Part shown: in pieces, positions 1-9,173 of the stretch
Layout of the letters: each line of letters opens with the position of its first letter
How positions within the stretch are numbered: position 1 is the first letter of the stretch
DNA from: an uncultured Aquifex sp.
GTDB lineage: Bacteria > Aquificota > Aquificia > Aquificales > Aquificaceae
Assembly: GCA_964425585.1 (NCBI GenBank)
Contig: CAYRMG010000002.1
Span: 15,274 to 79,273 of the forward strand
DNA: 64,000 nt
Direction of reading: 5' to 3'
The notes under the pieces: model-generated
Seen by the model: only the letters and a program-made list of their open reading frames with translations
Databases searched by the model: none
Told to the model about the DNA's origin: nothing
Translations under genes and position numbers: made by a program

Positions 1-656
1 CTGTTACGGTCTGGTTTATAGTTGCGGTAATTATTTACCTGATAGTTGCTATTCCGGGACTTTACTTCATCTACAAGTATCGCTACAAGCCCGGAGAAAG
101 AGAGATAGGAGACCATGACTTTGAAAGTCATACGGGACTTGAAGCTCTCCTCACAATAATTCCCTTGCTTACAGTCATATTCCTTGCAACTTACTCGTTT
201 ACGATATTCAGGAAAATAAGAACCGTTCCCGACGGAGCTATGACAATAAAGGTAACGGCATTCATGTGGGGATGGCAATTTGATTATCTTGATGAGAACG
301 GAAAAGTGGTCAAAACGGTTGTTACGGGATATCATGCAAACGATTACAAGCTTCAGGAGTTTGAAAAGCCCGTAATTCCTGCGGGTAAGCCTATAAGGGT
401 TCTCCTTACATCAATGGATGTAATACACTCCTTCTTCGTAAAGCCTATAAGAATAACGGAAGACGCTGTCCCCGGAAGGACTACCTACTTATGGTTCCAA
501 ATCAATGAACCCGGTGAATACTGGGTTTTCTGCAGGGAATACTGCGGAACGGGACACTCCCATATGTTTACGAAACTTAAAGTTGTTCCTCCTGACCAAT
601 TTACAGCTTGGCTCTATGGAAAAAATAATGCTGTTGCTATAAAATCTGAAAATTAA
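1..656 (+). CDS. coxB: Cytochrome c oxidase subunit II (CuA), 5'-truncated by the window edge
   Basis: Frame is open from position 3 (VTVWFIVAVIIYLIVAIPG..., TM helices), upstream of the ORF-track start at 165. CuA motif DVIHS...CREYCGTGHSHM. Confidence 0.95.
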   Translation, partial: VTVWFIVAVIIYLIVAIPGLYFIYKYRYKPGEREIGDHDFESHTGLEALLTIIPLLTVIFLATYSFTIFRKIRTVPDGAMTIKVTAFMWGWQFDYLDENGKVVKTVVTGYHANDYKLQEFEKPVIPAGKPIRVLLTSMDVIHSFFVKPIRITEDAVPGRTTYLWFQINEPGEYWVFCREYCGTGHSHMFTKLKVVPPDQFTAWLYGKNNAVAIKSEN

Positions 657-668
657 GGAGGTAGTGCA

Positions 669-2291
669 ATGAGGGAAGCGATTCATGTAGAGAAGCCATA
701 TTTCTTAGGAACTTTAAGGGAGTGGATATTTACAACAGACCACAAGAAGATAGGTATTCTTTATTTCGTTACCAGCTTTGTAGTGTTCCTAATAGCAGGA
801 GTCTTCGGACTCCTGGTAAGGCTTGAACAAGCCGTGCCCGGAATGCAAATACTTGATTTCAAAACTTATAACTACTTACTTACGGGGCACGGAGTTGGAA
901 TGCTCTTCTGGTGGGCAATAGCAGCCCACATAGGTGGATTCGGAAACTTCCTCCTTCCCCTAATGATAGGAGCGAAAGACGTTGCATTCCCGAGGCTAAA
1001 TGCTCTTAGCTGGTGGGCATTCTTTGCGGCAAACGTTTTATTCCTAATGACTCTAATACCCGGAAACCACATAATGACCATGTGGACCGGATATCCACCT
1101 TTTTCACTTAATAACGATGCCGGTGTTACAGCTTTATACGTATTCGTAATACACCTCCTCGGAGCATCTTCAATAGCTACCGCTGTAAACTTCCTCGTTA
1201 CCTACATTACGATGAGAGCTCCCGGAGTTACCTTCTTTAAGACAAACCTCTTCGTTCACACTCTAATAGCTGCAAACGTTATACAACTCGTGGGTGTTCC
1301 TTCTCTCGCAGGCGCAGTTACGATGCTCTTCCTTGACAAGTATCTCGGAACGAACTTCTTCAATCCTGCAAAGGGTGGAGACCCGCTTATATACCAAAAT
1401 ATCTTCTGGTTCTACTCTCACCCTGTTGTTTACGTCCAAGTTCTTCCGGTATTCGGATTCTATTCCGAAATAGTTCCCGTTTTTGCAAGGAGACCCCTGT
1501 TCGGATATCACTCAATGATTTTTGCGGTATGGGGGATTACAGCGGTAAGCTTCTTCCTATGGGTTCACCATATGTTTGTATCAGGAGTTCCCAACTGGGT
1601 AAGAGTTCTCTTCTCCTACACCACACTGCTTATAGCTGTTCCCACGGGAATAAAGATATTCAACTGGATGCTCACCCTCTATAAAGGAGCTATTCACTTC
1701 AGGTCTCAAATGCTTTACGCACTCGGCGGTATATTCATGTTCCTCATAGGTGGTCTTACGGGACTACCGCTTGGAATGGTAGCAATAGACCTCGGTCTTT
1801 CCGACTCGCTGTTCGTAGTTGGACACTTCCACTACGTTCTCGGAATGGCTATAACCCTCGGAATACTCGGAGCCGTAATACACTGGTTCCCCCTTGCTAC
1901 GGGTAAGCTATATCCCGAAAATATAGGAAGACTCAGCTTCTGGCTCATATTTGCCGGAGCTAATATCTTCTACTTCCTCCAAATGGTTGTAGGTATACTC
2001 GGAAATCCCAGAAGATACCCTGATTATCCCCCCATCCCCGAATGGACAACCCTTCACGTAATTCAGACCATAGGAGCCCTCATACTCGGTGTGGGTGTAA
2101 TTATCTTCACATACGGAGTGATAAAGGGATTAATGAGCGGAGAAAAAGCTCCCGAAAATCCTTGGAAATCTCCTTCTCTTGAGTGGAAGGTTGGTGTTCC
2201 TGCAAGGGCACATGGTCACGGAGACCATCCTCCCAAGGTAGAACCCGACTGGCACCCCTACAGATACGATAAAGAAGAGATACTCCGTTAA
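669..2291 (+). CDS. coxA: Heme-copper oxidase subunit I, family A2
   Basis: His ligands GHG, YSHPVVY (A2-type YS motif), WVHHMF, GHFHY; D-channel DVAFPRLN; K-channel PTGIKIFNW; RBS AGGAGG. Confidence 0.96.
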   Translation: MREAIHVEKPYFLGTLREWIFTTDHKKIGILYFVTSFVVFLIAGVFGLLVRLEQAVPGMQILDFKTYNYLLTGHGVGMLFWWAIAAHIGGFGNFLLPLMIGAKDVAFPRLNALSWWAFFAANVLFLMTLIPGNHIMTMWTGYPPFSLNNDAGVTALYVFVIHLLGASSIATAVNFLVTYITMRAPGVTFFKTNLFVHTLIAANVIQLVGVPSLAGAVTMLFLDKYLGTNFFNPAKGGDPLIYQNIFWFYSHPVVYVQVLPVFGFYSEIVPVFARRPLFGYHSMIFAVWGITAVSFFLWVHHMFVSGVPNWVRVLFSYTTLLIAVPTGIKIFNWMLTLYKGAIHFRSQMLYALGGIFMFLIGGLTGLPLGMVAIDLGLSDSLFVVGHFHYVLGMAITLGILGAVIHWFPLATGKLYPENIGRLSFWLIFAGANIFYFLQMVVGILGNPRRYPDYPPIPEWTTLHVIQTIGALILGVGVIIFTYGVIKGLMSGEKAPENPWKSPSLEWKVGVPARAHGHGDHPPKVEPDWHPYRYDKEEILR

Positions 2292-2367
2292 TTTTCCCTC
2301 TCCTTTTCTTCTTTTATTTTTTCTTTAATTTATTTTATTACTTTTTCATCATTTTATTAATTTTATT
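2292..2367 (+). terminator. G-free, T/C-rich tract; possible hairpin-less or Rho-type terminator after coxA
   Basis: 76 nt with no G directly after the coxA stop; no strong hairpin. Confidence 0.35.
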
Positions 2368-2396
2368 GTAATCTGATTTAAAACATAAAGTATATT

Positions 2397-2474
2397 TTCA
2401 GCTTGAGAATCAAGCGGAATAGCAATATAAGTGAGTAAGCACTACTTGACAATACAGGTTTTGGGTCTGAAAAT
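2397..2474 (+). promoter_or_regulatory. Putative promoter of the ba3 operon with an upstream inverted repeat
   Basis: TTC-A-GCTTGA-gaa-TCAAGC-G-GAA palindrome at 2397-2419; TTGACA at 2446-2451; weak -10 GAAAAT at 2469-2474 (17-nt spacer). Confidence 0.45.
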
Positions 2475-2513
2475 TTATTAATGTAGCTATAAAAATTTAC
2501 GGAGGTGTGAAAA

Positions 2514-2633
2514 ATGAATGAAAAACATGAAGACTTTTTCCCAACAGGGGCGATTTACTTTTTCCTTTTTATGGTTGCCTTTTACGCTTTTCTTTGGTTC
2601 CTAGCCTATTCCGTATTACTTGAAAGGGGGTAG
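2514..2633 (+). CDS. cbaD: ba3-type oxidase subunit IIa (39 aa, single TM), absent from the ORF track
   Basis: GGAGGTG RBS, then ATG at 2514: MNEKHEDFFPTGAIYFFLFMVAFYAFLWFLAYSVLLERG*. Lies directly upstream of ba3 subunit II, as in Thermus and Aquifex ba3 operons. Confidence 0.88.
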   Translation: MNEKHEDFFPTGAIYFFLFMVAFYAFLWFLAYSVLLERG

Positions 2634-2638
2634 GAGTT

Positions 2639-3088
2639 ATGGATAAGGCTGAGAAAACGGGATTAACGCTTGCGATAATACTTCTGCTTACATTCTTTAG
2701 TTTGATTGTTTACGCTGCAAAAGGTTTAAAAATTGACGTTCCTACCTGTGTGACAAACGTTGAACCTTTTCAAGAAGGAAAACTAATAAAGCACGGGGAC
2801 AAAAGGTATGAGCTTCACATTCTTGCAAGGATGTGGTTCTTTGACTTCAACAAAGGAGCCACGGAAGTAAAAATACCTGCAGGGTCAACCGTTGATATCT
2901 TCGTAACTTCAAAGGATGTTGTTCACGGTGTTCACATTCAAGGAACGAACTTCAACGTTATGGCCATTCCGGGAACCGTCGGATATATGAGGGTTAAATT
3001 TGAACACCCCGGAGTTTACCACGTTGTTTGCCATGAATTTTGCGGTGTTGGACACCACGCAATGCAAGGAAAAATAATTGTTGAATAA
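2639..3088 (+). CDS. cbaB: ba3-type oxidase subunit II (CuA)
   Basis: Single N-terminal TM; DVVHG...CHEFCGVGHHAM CuA motif; 149 aa, typical of the B family. Confidence 0.94.
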   Translation: MDKAEKTGLTLAIILLLTFFSLIVYAAKGLKIDVPTCVTNVEPFQEGKLIKHGDKRYELHILARMWFFDFNKGATEVKIPAGSTVDIFVTSKDVVHGVHIQGTNFNVMAIPGTVGYMRVKFEHPGVYHVVCHEFCGVGHHAMQGKIIVE

Positions 3089-3104
3089 AAAAGGAGGTGA
3101 AAAA

Positions 3105-4874
3105 ATGCAGGTGAGCGGAGCCATCAGATTTATAATTCTCACGGAGGTTATTTTTCCTATTTTACTCCTTACCTTCGGAATTTACCACGGTGTAATGCAG
3201 GTTCTCTACAGAGCGGGCATAATAAAGGCTGAAAGTTTCTTAGGTATTGATTACTATCAAGGATTAACACTCCACGGCGTTATAAACGTAATCGTTTTTA
3301 CAACCATATTCATAGTCGGGTTTTCAAACGCAATAGTTATGTATACCCTTAAAAAACCCCTCAGGGAAAAGGTTCAATGGATAGCCCTCGGAATGATGGT
3401 TTTGGGAACGCTTATGGCGGCATGGGCTATGTTTACCGGAAGGGCTACCGTTCTATACACCTTCTATCCTCCCTTAATAGCTCATTGGACTTTCTATCTC
3501 GGGGCGGTTTTATTGGTTCTCGGTTCGCTTGTTCCCTTCTTCTTTGACTGGATACCTTCCGCCATAGAGTGGAAGAAAGAAAACCCGAGCCAAAAGCTTC
3601 CCCTCGCGGTTTTCGGAACCTTTGTTAATTTCATCTTGTGGACCATAATGATTATTCCCGTAGCGGTTGAAATCCTGTTCCAGCTCCTCCCCCTTTCTCT
3701 CGGATGGGTGGATGAGATAAATCCTCTACTTGCAAGAACCCTATTCTGGTTCTTCGGACACCCTGTAGTTTACTTCTGGCTCCTTCCCGCATACGTGGCA
3801 CTTTATACAATTCTCCCTAAGATAGTTTCCGAAAAAGGGAAACTCTACTCCGACCCTGCGGCAAGACTTGCATTTATACTCTTCCTCCTGTTCTCCTTGC
3901 CCGTAGGGCTTCACCACCAGTTTACCGACCCCGGTATAACAAATACATGGAAGCTTATACATTCTCTGTTTACCTTTGGAGTTGCTCTTCCCAGCATGAT
4001 TACCGCGTTTACGGTTGCAGCATCCCTTGAATATTCCGTAAAGGCGGAACACCCTGAACTTAAGAATTCTAAATTCTACTGGTGGACCTTCCTACCTTAC
4101 ATGAGGCTTGAAGGAAATAAATGGATGTTCTCTTACTTCTTTGCAGGACTTGTTCTCTTCTTCATAGGCGGTATCACCGGTATAGTTAACGCTTCCTATA
4201 ACGTAAACCTTGCGGTTCACAATACCGCATATGTTCCCGGGCACTTCCACACGACCGTGGGAGGACTTGTTCTTCTGGTATTCTTTGCACTTGCACTTTA
4301 TATGGTTTCCAAACTCAGGGGAACGGATGTTAAGTTTAAAGGTCTTGCGGTTCTCGCACCCTATTTCTGGATGCAGGGAATGTTTATGTTCTCATACGCT
4401 ATGATGGTAGGGGGAATTCTTGAAGGATTTCCCAGAAGAACAAATGCGGGGCTTACTTACCTTAACCCCGATTCTCCCCTTTACAGACCAGAGTGGGTAG
4501 GATATGCTCAACTCTCCGTTGTTGGAGGTGTTCTACTCGCCATAGGATTTATATTCTTCTTCATATCCCTTATAGGCACACTCCTTGCCCCCAAGGTAAG
4601 GGAAAGCACACTTGAGTTCCCGATAGCGGAAGCTTACCACGATGAAAATGTTCCCGTTCTTAACAATCTCAAGACATGGACCGTTGCCGCCATAATACTC
4701 GCGGTTCTGTCCTATATCCCGCCACTATACGATGCATCGGTGAGAGGAGTGTTCTTCAACTCTCCCGCATATAACGAGAAGTTCCCCATGCCCTTAAACC
4801 AACTCCAAGGAGCCAAAAATAAGGAAGAAAAGAAAGAAGTTTCTAAAACGGAAAAGGAGGTTGCAAAGAAGTGA
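3105..4874 (+). CDS. cbaA: ba3-type (family B) heme-copper oxidase subunit I
   Basis: TLHG, WFFGHPVVYFW, LHHQF, PGHFH ligands. Start moved to ATG 3105, behind RBS AGGAGGTG (ORF track gives 3078). Confidence 0.94.
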   Translation: MQVSGAIRFIILTEVIFPILLLTFGIYHGVMQVLYRAGIIKAESFLGIDYYQGLTLHGVINVIVFTTIFIVGFSNAIVMYTLKKPLREKVQWIALGMMVLGTLMAAWAMFTGRATVLYTFYPPLIAHWTFYLGAVLLVLGSLVPFFFDWIPSAIEWKKENPSQKLPLAVFGTFVNFILWTIMIIPVAVEILFQLLPLSLGWVDEINPLLARTLFWFFGHPVVYFWLLPAYVALYTILPKIVSEKGKLYSDPAARLAFILFLLFSLPVGLHHQFTDPGITNTWKLIHSLFTFGVALPSMITAFTVAASLEYSVKAEHPELKNSKFYWWTFLPYMRLEGNKWMFSYFFAGLVLFFIGGITGIVNASYNVNLAVHNTAYVPGHFHTTVGGLVLLVFFALALYMVSKLRGTDVKFKGLAVLAPYFWMQGMFMFSYAMMVGGILEGFPRRTNAGLTYLNPDSPLYRPEWVGYAQLSVVGGVLLAIGFIFFFISLIGTLLAPKVRESTLEFPIAEAYHDENVPVLNNLKTWTVAAIILAVLSYIPPLYDASVRGVFFNSPAYNEKFPMPLNQLQGAKNKEEKKEVSKTEKEVAKK

Positions 4875-5566
4875 TTCTCTCCTTTCTTTTCCTCTTCATT
4901 ACCCTTTTATTCGCCCAATCGGGTAGCACAGGCATTCCCCCCAACGAATCAAAGACGTTGGATACATACATTCCCGGAGATATAAAGCTTGTTGATTCTT
5001 TCGGTAATGAATTTCAGCTCAAAGATTTAAAGGGAAAACCCATAATAATAAGCCCGATATATACAAAGTGCAGAGCTTCATGTCCTCTTATAACGAAAAG
5101 CTTGCTTAAGGTTATTCCGAAAGCAGGGAAACCCGGAAGGGATTTCTGGGTTGTCACCCTTACCTTTGACCCGAAGGATACCGTTAAAGATATTGAAAAG
5201 TTCAGGGAAAAATACGGTATAGACGGAAAAGGCTGGAAAGTTGTAAAGGCGAAAACTTCCGAGGATTTGTTCAGGCTACTTGATGCCATAGACTTCAGGT
5301 TTATGACCGCAGGAGACCAGTTTATTCATCCGAATTTAATAGTTGTATTATCTCCGGAACTTCAGATAAAGGACTACCTATACGGGGTTAACTACAACTA
5401 TCTTGAGCTTATGAATGCACTCAGATTGGCAAGGGGTGAACTTGCACTTCCCGAGAAGTTCAGATCCTACCTTTTTATAGTCGGAATGGTAGGTTTTGCG
5501 GGAACAAGCGTTTACCTTCTTTATCTGATAAATAGGATTCTTCAAAAGAGGAAAAAGACGGCGTAA
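4871..5566 (+). CDS. sco: SCO1/SenC copper chaperone for CuA assembly
   Basis: YTKCRASCP (CxxxC) and downstream His (FIHPN); GTGA overlap with cbaA. Confidence 0.88.
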   Translation: MILSFLFLFITLLFAQSGSTGIPPNESKTLDTYIPGDIKLVDSFGNEFQLKDLKGKPIIISPIYTKCRASCPLITKSLLKVIPKAGKPGRDFWVVTLTFDPKDTVKDIEKFREKYGIDGKGWKVVKAKTSEDLFRLLDAIDFRFMTAGDQFIHPNLIVVLSPELQIKDYLYGVNYNYLELMNALRLARGELALPEKFRSYLFIVGMVGFAGTSVYLLYLINRILQKRKKTA

Positions 5567-6312
5567 ATGATGCCTATAAATATTCTGTAAATACCGAAAA
5601 TCCAAAGACCGTGTTTCTTTAGATAGGAAAGGAAGAGCTTGACAACAATTAGAGCTGTTATAAACGAAGTTATAAAGCCTATCCCCAGAATTCCCCACTC
5701 ATCTCTTTCAAAACTTCCCCCGCTCTTTATAAGGTCGTAAGCCGTAGCCACAAGCATAGTGGGAACGGCAAGCATGAAGGAGAATTCCGCAGCTTTTTGC
5801 CTTGTAAGGCCTGCTAATAATCCCCCTGCTATGGTTGCACCTGAACGGGAAACTCCGGGAATTACCGCAATACTCTGAAAAAGTCCTATTATAAAAGCTT
5901 TCAATAGAGGAAGCTTTCTTATATCGTCTATATGTTCTCTTGCATCATAATACCTGTCAAGGAGAATAAGGATAATTCCCCCGAGAATTAACGTAGAAAC
6001 GACAACTTTATCATTACCTATAAGGTATCCCTTTATGAGCTTGTAAAGCAGAAAACCCACCGCACCCGTAGGTATGAATGCAACTATAATCCTTTTCCAC
6101 GTTTCTATGTCCTTTATGAATCTCTCAAGGTAAAGGAATACAACCGCGAGAATTGAACCGAGTTGAATGGATATTTCAAAGCTCTTAACAAAATCTGTAT
6201 GTTTTATACCGAGAATGTGGGCGGTAAGTATAAGGTGTCCTGTTGATGAAACGGGTAGGAACTCCGTAAGTCCCTCAACAATTCCCAAAACCGCAGCTTG
6301 CCACTCCTTCAT
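5542..6312 (-). CDS. uppP: Undecaprenyl-diphosphate phosphatase
   Basis: GIVEGLTEFLPVSSTGHL and PGVSRSGAT BacA motifs. Confidence 0.96.
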   Translation of the reverse strand: MKEWQAAVLGIVEGLTEFLPVSSTGHLILTAHILGIKHTDFVKSFEISIQLGSILAVVFLYLERFIKDIETWKRIIVAFIPTGAVGFLLYKLIKGYLIGNDKVVVSTLILGGIILILLDRYYDAREHIDDIRKLPLLKAFIIGLFQSIAVIPGVSRSGATIAGGLLAGLTRQKAAEFSFMLAVPTMLVATAYDLIKSGGSFERDEWGILGIGFITSFITALIVVKLFLSYLKKHGLWIFGIYRIFIGIIYAVFFLF

Positions 6313-7016
6313 ATCTCCTCCGGTTTTATTTTTCCCTCGTATATTGCTTTCCCTACCACAACACCCTCAACAATTCCGTAAAGTCTTCTTATATCTTCAA
6401 TTGAAGAAACACCCCCGGAAGCCAGAAGCGGGTTCTTTAAAACCTTTTTAATCTCCCTGTAGGGTTTCACATCAACGCCTTCAAGGCTTCCGTCTCTTTC
6501 TATGACTGTGTATAGATAGCCCCAAATAGGATACCCTTCATACTTCCTTGCAAACTCCTCAGGCGTTAAGGAAACTTCCTCCTTCCAGCCTCCTATTGCC
6601 ACTTTTCCCCCTTTTGAGTCTATGGCGAGTATAACCCTCTTGGGGAATTTTCCCAGTATTTTCTCAAACTCAAGGGGATTTTTGTAAGCAAGTGTTCCGA
6701 TAACCACGTAGTTTATACCCTCCTCAAAGAGTATTTTCGCACTTTCGTAATCCCTTATACCGCCTCCTACTTCAATCTCACCGGAAAAGACCTTACGGAT
6801 TTCCCTTACAGTTTCCAGGTTTTTAAGCTTTCCCTCCTTTGCACCTTCAAGGTCAACCACGTGAATTCTTTTAAATCCGAGTTCTTCAAACTTTTTTGCG
6901 AGCTCGGTAGGGTTCTCCGAGTAAACTTTAACCTTTGAGAAATCACCCTTATAGAGTCTTACAGCTTTTCCCTCCATAATATCAATGGCGGGAATTACAA
7001 AGTTCTTTAGACTCAA
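6309..7016 (-). CDS. hisA: ProFAR isomerase HisA
   Basis: VIPAIDIMEGKAVRL, HVVDLEGA, GGGIR, ASGGV motifs; TTG start. Confidence 0.95.
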   Translation of the reverse strand: MSLKNFVIPAIDIMEGKAVRLYKGDFSKVKVYSENPTELAKKFEELGFKRIHVVDLEGAKEGKLKNLETVREIRKVFSGEIEVGGGIRDYESAKILFEEGINYVVIGTLAYKNPLEFEKILGKFPKRVILAIDSKGGKVAIGGWKEEVSLTPEEFARKYEGYPIWGYLYTVIERDGSLEGVDVKPYREIKKVLKNPLLASGGVSSIEDIRRLYGIVEGVVVGKAIYEGKIKPEEI

Positions 7017-7780
7017 ATAACTACCTCCTCCATGGGCATTACGGGTCCTTCTATACAGACCCTCTTAAATGTTCCTCCCGCTGTTTTCACAACGCAACCG
7101 AGACAAACACCCCACCCGCACGCCATCCTTTCCTCAAGAGAGAAGTAAACTTTATGTCCTGTTCTCATACGCTTTATGGTTTTTAACATGGGTTTCGGAC
7201 CGCATGCGTGAACAACCCAGTCCTTAGGAAATTCCCTTAAAATCTCCGTCACGTATCCCTTTTTTCCGAAGCTTCCGTCATCCGTAAATACTTCATAAGG
7301 AATTTCTTCCCTTTCAAGCCACTCAATCATACCGATGTGTTCCTTATTCCTCCCCCCGTATGCTATGAATACCTTTTTCCCCATATCCCTGAGTTTTTTC
7401 GCAAGGAGTGTTAAACCGGCAAGCCCGACACCACCACCTACCAGTAAGTGCTTGTCCCCTTCAAAGTTAAAAAGCCTCTTTCCCAAGGGGAGGAGAACGC
7501 GGATTTTTTCTCCTACCTTTCTTTTACTGAGGAGTGCGGTTCCCTTTCCGAAAACCTCGTAATAAAAAATTAATCTGTGTTCATCTATATCCGCAACAGC
7601 GAGAGCCCTTCTTCCCATCGGGTCATATGTGTCCGATGGCTTTATCATCGCAAAATGTCCCGGTTGTATCTTCTCTATTATCTTGTCGGGAACCCTTATA
7701 ACGAGTTTATACAGTCTTCCCGATATGTATGTGTTTTCAAGTATTTCCGTGTAGAGGTCTTCAGCAAATCCCATATTCAC
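7013..7780 (-). CDS. pyrK: Dihydroorotate dehydrogenase electron transfer subunit
   Basis: GGGVGLAG NAD-binding motif, HACGP, and EERMACGWGVCLGC...VC [2Fe-2S] motif. Confidence 0.9.
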   Translation of the reverse strand: MNMGFAEDLYTEILENTYISGRLYKLVIRVPDKIIEKIQPGHFAMIKPSDTYDPMGRRALAVADIDEHRLIFYYEVFGKGTALLSKRKVGEKIRVLLPLGKRLFNFEGDKHLLVGGGVGLAGLTLLAKKLRDMGKKVFIAYGGRNKEHIGMIEWLEREEIPYEVFTDDGSFGKKGYVTEILREFPKDWVVHACGPKPMLKTIKRMRTGHKVYFSLEERMACGWGVCLGCVVKTAGGTFKRVCIEGPVMPMEEVVI

Positions 7781-7844
7781 TTAAATTTTAACGGTAAAAC
7801 CTATTAAAATACTGTTTTAAAATAATTCCCAAGGAGGCAAAAAG

Positions 7845-9155
7845 ATGGACCTATACGAGTATGAGGCTTACGATAAGATTTTTAAGAAATACGGAATACC
7901 GACTCCTAAGTATATGTTTGTTGAGCACGTAACGGATGATGTTGTTGAGTTTGTCAATCAACTCGGTGAGTGTGTTGTAAAATCCCAAGTTCTCGTTGGA
8001 AAGAGGGGAAAGGCCGGAGCGGTAAGGGTATGTTCCTCCCCCGATGAAGCCCTTGAGGAAATAGAAACGCTTCTCAGGATGCCCGTTTATGGAGAGATGC
8101 CCGTAGGTGTTCTGGTTGTTGAGAAGGCAAACATAGTTAAGGAACTCTACGCTTCTATTATGTATTCTACCGATTACAGGGCACCGGTTCTGACGTTGAG
8201 CCTTGAGGGTGGAATGGATATAGAGGAAGTTCCGCCGGAAAAGGTAAAAACCTGGCCAATAAATCCCCTGAAGGGACTCTATCCCCATATGGTTCGTAAT
8301 TACCTCCTTGAGCTCGGATTTCCCCACGAGTATATGTCTGTTCTCAGAAAACTTTCGGAAGTTATAGCAAGGATGTGGGAAGCCTTCTGGGGGGCGGAAG
8401 CCAGACTTCTTGAGATAAATCCCCTCGCGATAGTTGATAAGGGCGGAAAGCTGGATGTTATGGCATTGGATGCGGTCACCAAGATAGACGATGATGCATC
8501 CATACCTCCCGCAAAGATTTACGGTGTTAGGAGTGCCATGAAGAGACCTCCTACGGAAAGGGAAATAGCCGCGGCGGAAATTGATAAGGATGACCACAGA
8601 GGTAAAGCGGGTTCATACGTTGAGCTTGACGGCGATATAGCCATGATGACATTCGGAGGAGGAGGTTCAACGGTTACAATAGAAACCTGCTACGAACTCG
8701 GACTAAAGCCTGCAAACCTCACGGATATAGGCGGTAATCCTCCCGCCGAAAAAATGTATAAGATAACGAGAATAATACTTTCAAAACCCGGAATAAGGGC
8801 GGTTCTTATAGCAGGCGGAACAGCGAACAACACGAGAATAGATGTAACTTTAGGTGAAGGTGTTGCGAACGCACTCAGAGACCTCAAGAAAGAAGGAAAA
8901 CTTGACCCCAACTGGATTTTTGTAGTAAGGAGAAACGGACCCGAAGCGGAAAAAGGGTTGAGAATGCTCTATGAAGCCTTCAAGGAGTGCGGAATAAAGG
9001 GAGAAATATACGATTCCGCTCTTCCTTTGACCGAAGCTCCCGTAAGACTCAAGGAGCTCTTAGATAAATGTCAGTCTAAGTCTTTAGAGGAGCAGGAACA
9101 GGTCAAAGAAGGTCATACCTTCACCGACGAGCAGGCTTCTGACCTCGGTATGTAA
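7845..9155 (+). CDS. ccsA: Citryl-CoA synthetase large subunit (succinyl-CoA synthetase beta family; reductive TCA cycle)
   Basis: LYEYEA, VKSQVLVGKRGKAG ATP-grasp start, FGGGGS, TDIGGNP, GGTANNT. The GGGGS/ANNT pattern fits ACL/CCS better than SucC. Confidence 0.82.
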   Translation: MDLYEYEAYDKIFKKYGIPTPKYMFVEHVTDDVVEFVNQLGECVVKSQVLVGKRGKAGAVRVCSSPDEALEEIETLLRMPVYGEMPVGVLVVEKANIVKELYASIMYSTDYRAPVLTLSLEGGMDIEEVPPEKVKTWPINPLKGLYPHMVRNYLLELGFPHEYMSVLRKLSEVIARMWEAFWGAEARLLEINPLAIVDKGGKLDVMALDAVTKIDDDASIPPAKIYGVRSAMKRPPTEREIAAAEIDKDDHRGKAGSYVELDGDIAMMTFGGGGSTVTIETCYELGLKPANLTDIGGNPPAEKMYKITRIILSKPGIRAVLIAGGTANNTRIDVTLGEGVANALRDLKKEGKLDPNWIFVVRRNGPEAEKGLRMLYEAFKECGIKGEIYDSALPLTEAPVRLKELLDKCQSKSLEEQEQVKEGHTFTDEQASDLGM

Positions 9156-9173
9156 TTTTTTCTCTTTCCTTTT

